From Fibrobacteria bacterium (GTDB lineage Bacteria > Fibrobacterota > Fibrobacteria > UBA11236): DNA of 64,000 nt. Position numbers and translations under genes: made by a program. The stretch spans positions 1 through 64,000 of the forward strand of contig JAYTHY010000042.1 of assembly GCA_043732185.1 (NCBI GenBank). The letters run 5' to 3'. The notes below the pieces were generated by a model. The model worked only from the letters and a program-made list of their open reading frames with translations, was not told where the DNA came from and did no database searches. Shown here piece after piece: positions 30,212 to 39,040 of the stretch; within the stretch, counting starts at the first letter, position 1; the number at the start of each line of letters is the position of its first letter.

Positions 30212-31375
30212 ATGCAGGCCGAATTCAAAGTCTTTTACGCCGGTAAAGCCGCCACCAAAGAGCAACTTGACCGCATTGAGGAAATCGTTGTCGAGCAAGA
30301 AATAGACAAGGCTTGGGAAGCGCGCATCAAAATACCTGTTTGTATAGCTGAGGATGGATCTTGGGAAGGCGAAGACGATGCAGCCTACGCGGAATTCGCA
30401 CGCGTCCGGGTGGAGGCGCGGATTGGCGAAGGCGAATTCGTTCCCTTGATCGAAGGCAGCATCTGGGCCCAAGAGCCAGATTACAATGCCGGACCAGGAC
30501 TCAGCGCCGTCACCCTGATTGTCCACGACGATTCTAAAAAGCTCCATCGCAAAACCAAATCCGAATCCTACGCCGGCCAAGACGACGGCAAAGTGGTCCG
30601 ATCCATTTTCAGCGCAGCCGAGTTGGGGGAAGGGCCCGATGTCGACAATCCCCCAGCGGGTCCGGCTGGGCATGCCGTTCTCAATCAACCGGGCACGATG
30701 ATGGAAATGCTGCGCTCCATCGCCGACCGGTATGGAAATTACCATGCATACGTGCTTCCCGGTGCTACCGCAGGTAAGAGCAAAGGGTGCTTCAAGAAGC
30801 TTCCCACCAAACCGGATTCCGGATTGCCGATAGCATACTTAAGTGGACCGGATCGAAATCTCTCTGAGTTTCGGATTCAGAGAAATTCGGGTCGGGCGGC
30901 CAAAGTCGAAGGGGCGCATCTCGATATGAGTGATAAGAAGGTGACGACCGCCAGCGCGGGTCCCAACGACAACCTGTCTCCAAGTAACGAGGGCGCGACA
31001 ACGGGTCAAGCAGACGATTTGCGATTGCGTCGCCTGCAACCCGGAATCGGCGATCACACGGATCTCACCGAAGCCGTCAAAGGGATGGCGGAGGAGTCGG
31101 GCTATACGCTGAGTGCGGAGGGGAGCGTTATCCCGGGAGTTTTTAGCGCAATCCTCAGCCCATACAAGATGCTCGCGGTCCGACTTTCGAATAGCCGATA
31201 CAGCACCGGGTACGTGATCACCAAGGTTGTGCATACCCTGGGTATTTCACAATACAGCCAATCCTTCAATGTGATCGGAAACACAGTTTCAATTAAAAAC
31301 GGAGCAGGCCCGGATGTGCCACAGGCTTCCGCGTCCCTGACCGCATCATTCAACGTCCAAGTGAGCATATTCTGA
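30212..31375 (+). CDS. Baseplate hub protein (phage late control D/gp27-like; VgrG N-terminal part)
   Basis: Position between LysM and gp5-like genes; IEEIVVEQ...YSTGYVITKVVHTL pattern. Confidence 0.7.
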   Translation: MQAEFKVFYAGKAATKEQLDRIEEIVVEQEIDKAWEARIKIPVCIAEDGSWEGEDDAAYAEFARVRVEARIGEGEFVPLIEGSIWAQEPDYNAGPGLSAVTLIVHDDSKKLHRKTKSESYAGQDDGKVVRSIFSAAELGEGPDVDNPPAGPAGHAVLNQPGTMMEMLRSIADRYGNYHAYVLPGATAGKSKGCFKKLPTKPDSGLPIAYLSGPDRNLSEFRIQRNSGRAAKVEGAHLDMSDKKVTTASAGPNDNLSPSNEGATTGQADDLRLRRLQPGIGDHTDLTEAVKGMAEESGYTLSAEGSVIPGVFSAILSPYKMLAVRLSNSRYSTGYVITKVVHTLGISQYSQSFNVIGNTVSIKNGAGPDVPQASASLTASFNVQVSIF

Positions 31376-32016
31376 TGGATTCCGAAATCGAAAATCAATT
31401 GATCCACCTCTCCGAGTGGAGGAACCGCCAGGTTTTCGGAAAGTATCGCGGAACAGTGGAAACCGTCGAAACAGGTGACCTGCTCGGTTATATTTCCGTT
31501 AAGGTTCCGGATCTTTTTGGGGCGGATTTCATAGTCGAGAAAGTGCGACCCTGCTCGCCTTTCGCAGGAAACAAGCATGGCTTCGTCGCAATTCCTGAAC
31601 CGGGCGATGGCGTGTGGGTGGAATTCGAAGCGTGCAAGGCTTCGCTCCCGATTTGGACCGGCTTTTGGTGGGCGGACGATGAAATGCCGGAACCCAAGGG
31701 CCCCCTGGTCCGCAGTTTTATCACTACCAAGGGCCACAAACTGATTTTGAACGACGATGCGAATGAGGTCAAGTTACTGCATGCGGATGGCCCACAAATC
31801 ACCATGACCAATGGTGATATCACCTTAAAAATTGGTGATACAAGCATAAAAATGACATCCAGTGATCTCACCATGCAGGTGGGAGCATCGAAGACATCGC
31901 CTCACATCAAAATCACCTCGACTGAAATCAGCCTTCAGAGCAGCTCGGTCGGATCCGTGAAGCTCACTTCAGGTGGCGTCGACATTGGCAATGGGGCCAT
32001 GAAAGTGGGGGCTTGA
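31375..32016 (+). CDS. Spike protein (baseplate assembly V/gp5 OB-fold plus beta-helix)
   Basis: FGKYRGTV, GFVAIPEPGDGVWVEFE...PIWTGFWW, then short beta repeats; TGATG overlap with the upstream gene. Confidence 0.88.
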   Translation: MDSEIENQLIHLSEWRNRQVFGKYRGTVETVETGDLLGYISVKVPDLFGADFIVEKVRPCSPFAGNKHGFVAIPEPGDGVWVEFEACKASLPIWTGFWWADDEMPEPKGPLVRSFITTKGHKLILNDDANEVKLLHADGPQITMTNGDITLKIGDTSIKMTSSDLTMQVGASKTSPHIKITSTEISLQSSSVGSVKLTSGGVDIGNGAMKVGA

Positions 32017-32020
32017 ACAC

Positions 32021-32356
32021 ATGCCGGGATATATTTTGACTACGACGAGCCAGGTAACTTGTACGCATGGAGCCAAGGCAATGCTGACCACTTCAAATAC
32101 GCAGCTGAAGGTAGGCGGTGCTCCGGCCCTGATGGAATCGGACGTGCATTCGGTTGCCAGCTGCCCGTTCACCTTGCCGGGTCCCAAACTTTCACCGTGC
32201 GTCCGCATTGAATGGACGGCCGGTGCCTTGATGTGTAAGAGCAATGGAACCAAGGTTCTAGTCCAATCCAGCGTGGGCAAATGCATCAGCGATACGGGCT
32301 CGACCCAGGGCGTGGCCATCATCATGCAAACACAAACTAAGGTCCGGGGAATTTAA
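32021..32356 (+). CDS. PAAR-like spike tip protein (DUF4280-like)
   Basis: VTCTHG, CPF...SPCVRIEW, SVGKC, QTKV; directly after the spike gene. Confidence 0.75.
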   Translation: MPGYILTTTSQVTCTHGAKAMLTTSNTQLKVGGAPALMESDVHSVASCPFTLPGPKLSPCVRIEWTAGALMCKSNGTKVLVQSSVGKCISDTGSTQGVAIIMQTQTKVRGI

Positions 32357-32360
32357 GAGC

Positions 32361-32741
32361 ATGAAACTCCAGAACGGAAGACATCTCTCATTCCCTTTCC
32401 GCGTCGGCAACGACGGCAGGATGAAAACAGTCGGCACGTTAGATGAACATGTCCATGACGAACTCATCCAAACCATTCTCACGAATCAAGGTGAGAGGCC
32501 CTTCCTGGTTGATTTCGGGGCGGGCGTCCGCCGTCTCGTATTTGAGCCGGTGGATGAAACGGCCGGCGCCATCGCCAAGGCGACGATCACGCAAGCCATC
32601 AATCGTTGGCTCGGGCATCGGCTGGTCCTGGAATCCCTAAACGTCTCCGTCGAGGACTCCAAAATCATGGTGGATATCAAATACCGATTGGCCGGAACCG
32701 GTGACTCGCGTATGCTGCGCTTCCAACACAAAGGAACTTGA
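32361..32741 (+). CDS. GPW/gp25 baseplate protein (Afp9-like)
   Basis: LSFPFR, ILTNQGERP..DFGAG...LVFEP. Confidence 0.88.
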   Translation: MKLQNGRHLSFPFRVGNDGRMKTVGTLDEHVHDELIQTILTNQGERPFLVDFGAGVRRLVFEPVDETAGAIAKATITQAINRWLGHRLVLESLNVSVEDSKIMVDIKYRLAGTGDSRMLRFQHKGT

Positions 32742-32749
32742 CAGGTAAA

Positions 32750-35419
32750 ATGTTTAGCGAAATCGAAAAACCCCTGCGGGAACTGGCATTAAGTGAGCCG
32801 CTGATGGCGCGTGCCCGGCTGATGACCGGTGTCGTCCCTGCAAATGCGCCCAATGGCATCAAACTTGTGCGCGTCCTTTCGGTTGACAACCTCAAGAATG
32901 AAGCGTTGCTGGAAATGCATTTCTTCAATCTGAATCGACTGGCGGATATCGTTGCGGCCTATGCTGTGGATCGATCCGTGGCGAAAAAGATTTTTCCGAT
33001 TTCGGGAGGATCGCGCATACGTGCCGGAGCGGCCTTAGGGCAGGTACAAGTGGATGCCGCACCTTTACCCGCGCCCGCATCGATCGTCCTACCGTCCCCG
33101 ACTGTGCCTGTGTTGGTCCTGCGAGTGGCACCCATCGGAGATTATTCCACCTACACCATCGGGATAAGTGCGCTGCAAGCCTCCGGATGGGTTTTTGACC
33201 CGCTGTTCGCGGAAATTGGTTTCAAATTCCGGCCAGGCTGCTTCAACACCAATTGCGCACCCGGGTGGGACATGGCCATGCCGCCGTTGTCGGAGCCTTC
33301 CATCGATTATTTGGCAAAGGATTATGGATCCTTTCGTAAGACCATGATCGCTGCCATGATGGAGCGCGTTCCTGGATGGGAGCCAACTAGCGAAGGCGAT
33401 CTCGATATGGTCCTGGCCGAACTGTTCAGTGTGGCAGCCGATGAATTAAGCGACTTTCAAGATCGAGTGATGAACGAAGCCTACCTCGCATCCTCCCGTA
33501 AGCGCGTTTCCATCGCCAGGCATGCGCGATTAATGGATTACCATATTCATCAGGGGAACCAGGCGTCCACCTGGCTCGCGCTTGAGATCCTCCACTTTAC
33601 CGGGCCAACCCAATCGTTCCAGCTCAAGGAAGGACTCAAAGTTTGGGCGGGTGAATCCAATGCCACCACAGGAACGGAAATCGATACCTCTGTGCATTTC
33701 GTTTCCAGGCATGCAACCAAAACCGTTCATCAATATTTGAACAGCCTTGGACTCTACACTTGGAGCAATTCCATCACTACGCTCACAGCGGGGAGCACGC
33801 GGGCGGATGTAAAGGTATTTCAAAAGTATTACCTGGACGACACTGCAGGCGCCATTCCGGATTCCACAGAATCCGCCGCGAAGGCAGTCCAAGATCTGAT
33901 CCGGAACGGCAAAGTCAAGCACCTGCTTATTCAAGAGCACCTAAACCCGGAAACGGGATTTTTTGCCGGTCGCGATCCCAATAAACGACAATTGCTAAAC
34001 CTTATTTCCGGCCATGATTTGGCTACTGCCGCCACCGCGCTCCAAGATCCGGTTACCGGCGAATGGTTCATCCGCGTCCGCTGGGAAAAAAAAGATGCGT
34101 TACGGCGTGATTATTGTTTTCGGGTTGAATGTCCTGCAACGCACGCGGGCACGGCCATAGGGCCGGTCGACAACATTTCTCTTTTCCATGGAAATTTGAT
34201 CGAAGTTTTTCACGGGAAGGAAGGCGCGGCGCTTTTCAAAAACCCCGGCGAAATTCTGGGAGAAACCGAGCCGCTCCAATTTCATTATGAGCGAACCCGC
34301 TGGGGCGCGTTGTGCCGTTTGCCAGATGCGCCTCTGTTGTATCGCTATTCAGAGCCGGGCGGTGATGCCCCTCCGGTTTCCACTTTGGACCTCCAAATCA
34401 AGGACCCGGCACTGGGAACAGCCATACCTTGGTATGAAGTGCCCAGCTTCATTCATAGCGATGATTCCGCCAAGGGAGGGGATCATTTTGTCGTGGAAAC
34501 GGATGAAGCCAAGCGCAGCGTGATCCGTTTTGGGAATGGACGGAATGGCATGGAATTGTCCGACACGGCGGAAGTCACGGTCAAATACCAGTTTGGAGAA
34601 CCCGGAGAAGGCAATGTCGGCGCGGACAGCATCCTCTATTTCGATGCTGCCTCTGTGTCAGTGGATCCAAATATTCCTGTGCTTAACGTGTATAGCTGCT
34701 GGAATCCCTTCGATGTGACTAACGGCCGGGACCGGGAGCCTGTGGTGGAGATTCTCCGCCGGGTTCCGGAGGCCTATCGCCAACGGCAGCTTAGAGCCGT
34801 AACCCTGGCCGATTATGTTGCATGGGCTGAAGGTATAGAAGGTGTTTCTCGCGCGGCCGCTAAATACGCATGGACCGGCAGCTGGCGAACCGTGCGCATC
34901 ACAATAGATCCCATCGGTACCAATGTGCTTTCCGATAGTTTGCGGAAACAAGTCGAGGCGGAGTTAAATGCCATCCGATTGATCGGCGAGGACATCGAAG
35001 TGCGTCCACCTCGATTTGTGCCTCTGGAAATAAAAGTTGCCGTGTGCGCGACTCCTGAGGTTTGGCCGGAGGATATCCAGTTTGTTCTTGAGCAAGAGTT
35101 TTCTGACGGATGGACACCCGATGGCCGCATGGGATTTTTCCATCCCGATTTATGGACGTTTGGGCAGGCGCTGCATGCCAGCCAAATCATTGGTCGGGCG
35201 ATGTTGGTAAGTGGGGTGGAACATTTCCTGGCCAAAAAAGTGGGCCCGACAAGTACCGGACCCTTGATCAGCGTTTCGATCAAGCGTTGGAATTCGCCTT
35301 TTCCGCCGGTAGAATCGCTTACCCAGTTGGATCACAATGAAATCATCATGGTCCAAAACGATCCGGATCATATGGAGTTCGGCACAATCTCCTTCGAAAT
35401 CAAGGGAGGCAGGCGATGA
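32750..35419 (+). CDS. Baseplate J-like wedge protein 1 (Afp11-like)
   Basis: IDYLAKDYGSFR, QDRVMNEAYL.....RVSI.RHARL.DY, IRFGNG, RAVTLADY. Confidence 0.85.
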   Translation: MFSEIEKPLRELALSEPLMARARLMTGVVPANAPNGIKLVRVLSVDNLKNEALLEMHFFNLNRLADIVAAYAVDRSVAKKIFPISGGSRIRAGAALGQVQVDAAPLPAPASIVLPSPTVPVLVLRVAPIGDYSTYTIGISALQASGWVFDPLFAEIGFKFRPGCFNTNCAPGWDMAMPPLSEPSIDYLAKDYGSFRKTMIAAMMERVPGWEPTSEGDLDMVLAELFSVAADELSDFQDRVMNEAYLASSRKRVSIARHARLMDYHIHQGNQASTWLALEILHFTGPTQSFQLKEGLKVWAGESNATTGTEIDTSVHFVSRHATKTVHQYLNSLGLYTWSNSITTLTAGSTRADVKVFQKYYLDDTAGAIPDSTESAAKAVQDLIRNGKVKHLLIQEHLNPETGFFAGRDPNKRQLLNLISGHDLATAATALQDPVTGEWFIRVRWEKKDALRRDYCFRVECPATHAGTAIGPVDNISLFHGNLIEVFHGKEGAALFKNPGEILGETEPLQFHYERTRWGALCRLPDAPLLYRYSEPGGDAPPVSTLDLQIKDPALGTAIPWYEVPSFIHSDDSAKGGDHFVVETDEAKRSVIRFGNGRNGMELSDTAEVTVKYQFGEPGEGNVGADSILYFDAASVSVDPNIPVLNVYSCWNPFDVTNGRDREPVVEILRRVPEAYRQRQLRAVTLADYVAWAEGIEGVSRAAAKYAWTGSWRTVRITIDPIGTNVLSDSLRKQVEAELNAIRLIGEDIEVRPPRFVPLEIKVAVCATPEVWPEDIQFVLEQEFSDGWTPDGRMGFFHPDLWTFGQALHASQIIGRAMLVSGVEHFLAKKVGPTSTGPLISVSIKRWNSPFPPVESLTQLDHNEIIMVQNDPDHMEFGTISFEIKGGRR

Positions 35420-38400
35420 GCGATGTCGATAATGGCTGTGCCAACGAATGCGCGCTGCCCTTGCGGTTTCCGCAGCGGCCCGGGGAAAACCAGTTTGTGG
35501 CGCATGGCGCAGGATGTTCCTGCTGCCAGCCTGGGGCGAGCCTCACTTCCGACAATCGACCCGCCTTGCCGCATTTTAATTACCGTATCGGTACCTATGG
35601 AAGTATTCGCGAATGGCTCCTTCACCAGATAAACCAGGCGCCAAACCTGCGGAGATGGACCCATCGCTCGCCGGATGATCCTGGTATCGCTTTGCTGGAA
35701 GGCGCAGCCATACTGGGTGACATCCTCACATTCTATCAAGACACCTATGCCAACGAGGCTTATTTAAGAACCGCCAAATGGCGGGAAAGCATATCGGATC
35801 TGGTTCGACTGTTTGGATACAGGCTGTCCCCGGCCATTGGTGGTAAGGCTGTATTCGCATTCGAGATCAAAAAAGATGAGCCTGTGACGATACCCGCCGG
35901 GTTTCCTCTCAAGGCGTCTCTGGAAGGAGTGGATGCGCCCGCTGTCTTTGAAACCAACATAGAGTCGATTGCCTATCCCTGGCTCAGTCGCTTCAATTTG
36001 TTCCGGCCATTGGTGGACACGACTTTCGACGCGGAATTCGAAATCGAAATTCCGGAACAGCACCTTTCATTTGTGGAGATCAAGATTGGGGAACGACTGA
36101 TTCTCGGTGAAAGTGAATCTGTCTGGAGCAACCGGTCCTTGGAGCTGGAGAACGCGGACATGTATTTCGTCGAGGCCATTCGCGAATTGCACGGCACAAA
36201 AATATACCGGGTGAAAGGCAAGTTGAAGGATTGGTCGCCAAATAAAAACGTGTTTGCTTTGCGGATCGGTCGCACCTTTCATCATTTTGGACATAACGGC
36301 CCCGCCAAGATTATAAACTCTGCAAAACCCATCAAATCAATTTCCGCGGTGACGGTGGGATCCGGTTCAGGTTCGTCCAAAACCGTGAGCTCTTCGGAAA
36401 TTCCCTACTTAAGTGTTCCTTTCACAAGGCCCGTTACGGATGCGTCCGAGTACTATTCTGATTCCGCTTTGAGTCCCCCGGTGCGATACAGCGACTTTCC
36501 ATTGGAGATGGAAGTCCAGGATCTGATTGCAGGGGGACCGGTAGTCATCCAGGCCCGATTCGCTTTCCCCGGCATCCGCAATGTTTCGGAATATTCTGAA
36601 GCCAAGACACTGGTTCGTACACTGGAAAAAGTCGAACCCATGACCATGACCTGGGGCGGGCTCAGCGAATCGATAACCCGAATTCGCATCGAGGAACGTA
36701 TTTCCGATGCTGGGTTCTTGAATACCATTCCCGCCAATTTGTCCGTGGTGGCCGGGATGGAAGCGAGCCAAGCTGATACAGACGAGGAGAACGCTCGTGG
36801 CCTACTCGAAAGGGCCAATGCAGCGGCGGCTGCCGCCAAAGACGCAGCCGATGCCGCAGCCAAGGACGAGATCAGGGCCAAAGCGGAAGCCGCTGACCTA
36901 GCCGCCCGCGCCGATGCTGCGATCAACAAGGCTGCGGTTTTGACTTTGGCTTATTCGGTTGCGGCCGCTGCGTTGAAAGACGACACAACCGATGCCATGA
37001 CTAAAATAGCCGCCCAAAAAGCGGTTGACGCTTTGAATGCCGCCAATACATCTCAGCGTTCAACGAATGCTGCTGCCCTTGATGCTCAGAACCATCGTAA
37101 CTTTGCGGTTCACGCTAAAGATGTAACGGTAGGGGCTGATATCGCTGCGGCAATTGGTGTTGCGATCTTGGATCCGATTTGTGCTCCAATTGTTGCCGGA
37201 GTATCGATTGTGGCCACAACCCTAGCGGCCAATTCCGCCAATCAGGCAGAGTCCGTTTTGCACAATGTTAATGAGGCAAAAAAGGACGTTGACCTGGCGC
37301 AAATTGCCACGTCTGTTGCAAAAGTTGCAGCTGATAATGCTGCCAGTGCCGCCGCCGCCGATGCAGACGCGACGCGACGCGCAGAAGAGGCGAAGCAGGA
37401 GGCAAATAAAGCTAAGGAAGATGCTGACAAAGCAGTCGAAAAAGCGCTAAAGGCAAAGCAGGCAGCCCATGAAGCTGAGCGGATTGCCGAAGAGAGGGCC
37501 GCGCGGGCACACATTACTGCCAAGGCTGTCGAAGTTGCTGAGGAGGACGTTGCAGCCGCGGTTGATATCGCCCTCGAAAAAAATCGTATCAAGAATACCC
37601 GGATGTACATTGGGGACGCTTTGTTCCACGAAGTGACAAGTCCAAAGTTGCAAGTTAAAGCCGCCCGTTTGGAAACCTCAGAGGTTAAAGGCGCTACACT
37701 CAATTATTTCGGCACCGCGGATCAAGTGAAAGCGCTCTCCGGCCGCCAAATTCTACTGGAAAAAAAAGGTTCTCAGCCCGGTCTTTTAACCGTCGAACCC
37801 GTACTGGAAAATTTTCCCGCCAGCACCAAGGATTTTGCCATCCTGCGGAAGATCAGTCTATCAAGCGCGGTCGCATACGCCGATTTCCCGAACCTAAAAC
37901 CTGTGACTACTGTTTTCGGAAATGTAGTCGAGGCCGATGAAGGCAAAACACAACCTGAAGTGGTGATCGGAAGCGGGGATGCCACGCGCGTATTTCAGAA
38001 TTTTCAGGTTCCCAAAGCTCCGCTTACCTATCACATTGTCACGGAAAACAGCCCATCCGAAACACCAGCAGCGGAGGTCTACGTAGGTGGAAAGCTCTGG
38101 TCTAAGGTGGACAGCTTTTTCGGACACGCGTCAGAGGAGCGAATCTACATCGTCCGGGAGGATGCTGCGGGAAATAGTTGGGTGCAATTCGGTGATGGAA
38201 AAACGGGCGCGCGCCTGCCCAGTGGCTCGGATAACGTGACTGTTATCTATCGAACAGGAGCCGGAGCTTATGGAGCGTTGAAAGACGACTCCAAGGTTCA
38301 GGCTTTGGCCAAGCTCAAAAACTTGGACAAGGTGCAAATGCCTGGTGTAGCTACGGGCGGAGCGCCACCGGAGAACGGGGAGAATGCGCGGGAGGCCGCG

Positions 38401-39039
38401 CCGGGCAAGATTCAAAGCCTTGGCCGTATCGTCAGCCTAAAGGATTTTGAAGCGGAGGCGGCGGCTATTCCCGGCGTGACTTTAGCTTCTGCCGCTTGGG
38501 GGCTCGATGATAATGTTCCCGCCGTTATCGTGACGGTGCTCATGGACACCGGACGTAGCGCCGAAATTCAGGCTGTCCGCGATATTCTTGTTGCCTACAA
38601 TTCTTCGCGTGGTGCAGGACGCACGCCGATTCTCGTGAAGGAAGGCAAGCGAATGTATGTTACCCTCACCATTCGTTATGCGCTTCAAGCGGGCTTCCGC
38701 GCCGATTTAACCGAACCCATAATACGCGGTGCTTTGGGTGGGACTGCCGCATCCCCGGACAAGCAGGAAACTTCGGCGGGACTCTTCGGAATCAAGCGAC
38801 GGCGTTTTGGCGGCCGCGAATACGCCTCGTCCGTCGAAGGAACGATCCAAAATGTTCAGGGTGTTCTTTGGGCAAAGGCCATCACCTTTACAGCTCTAGG
38901 GGAGGCGGACGATCCGGAACCGCTGGCATTGCCGTCTGTAGCCGTCTTCTCCCCCATGGTTCCCTGTGATGCCGGTCACATTCTCAGCCTGTATGACAAG
39001 CATTTGTTCTTGACCGCGGTCAAGTCAAAGGAAAGCTGA
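35416..39039 (+). CDS. Baseplate J-like wedge protein 2 with a ~280-aa Ala-rich coiled-coil/hydrophobic insertion
   Basis: YRIGTY, DILTFYQDTYANEAYLRTA, GNVVEADEG, VQFGDGKTGARLPSG, RIVSLKDFE; insertion at about aa 448-727. Confidence 0.85.
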   Translation: MSDVDNGCANECALPLRFPQRPGENQFVAHGAGCSCCQPGASLTSDNRPALPHFNYRIGTYGSIREWLLHQINQAPNLRRWTHRSPDDPGIALLEGAAILGDILTFYQDTYANEAYLRTAKWRESISDLVRLFGYRLSPAIGGKAVFAFEIKKDEPVTIPAGFPLKASLEGVDAPAVFETNIESIAYPWLSRFNLFRPLVDTTFDAEFEIEIPEQHLSFVEIKIGERLILGESESVWSNRSLELENADMYFVEAIRELHGTKIYRVKGKLKDWSPNKNVFALRIGRTFHHFGHNGPAKIINSAKPIKSISAVTVGSGSGSSKTVSSSEIPYLSVPFTRPVTDASEYYSDSALSPPVRYSDFPLEMEVQDLIAGGPVVIQARFAFPGIRNVSEYSEAKTLVRTLEKVEPMTMTWGGLSESITRIRIEERISDAGFLNTIPANLSVVAGMEASQADTDEENARGLLERANAAAAAAKDAADAAAKDEIRAKAEAADLAARADAAINKAAVLTLAYSVAAAALKDDTTDAMTKIAAQKAVDALNAANTSQRSTNAAALDAQNHRNFAVHAKDVTVGADIAAAIGVAILDPICAPIVAGVSIVATTLAANSANQAESVLHNVNEAKKDVDLAQIATSVAKVAADNAASAAAADADATRRAEEAKQEANKAKEDADKAVEKALKAKQAAHEAERIAEERAARAHITAKAVEVAEEDVAAAVDIALEKNRIKNTRMYIGDALFHEVTSPKLQVKAARLETSEVKGATLNYFGTADQVKALSGRQILLEKKGSQPGLLTVEPVLENFPASTKDFAILRKISLSSAVAYADFPNLKPVTTVFGNVVEADEGKTQPEVVIGSGDATRVFQNFQVPKAPLTYHIVTENSPSETPAAEVYVGGKLWSKVDSFFGHASEERIYIVREDAAGNSWVQFGDGKTGARLPSGSDNVTVIYRTGAGAYGALKDDSKVQALAKLKNLDKVQMPGVATGGAPPENGENAREAAPGKIQSLGRIVSLKDFEAEAAAIPGVTLASAAWGLDDNVPAVIVTVLMDTGRSAEIQAVRDILVAYNSSRGAGRTPILVKEGKRMYVTLTIRYALQAGFRADLTEPIIRGALGGTAASPDKQETSAGLFGIKRRRFGGREYASSVEGTIQNVQGVLWAKAITFTALGEADDPEPLALPSVAVFSPMVPCDAGHILSLYDKHLFLTAVKSKES

Positions 39040-39040
39040 T

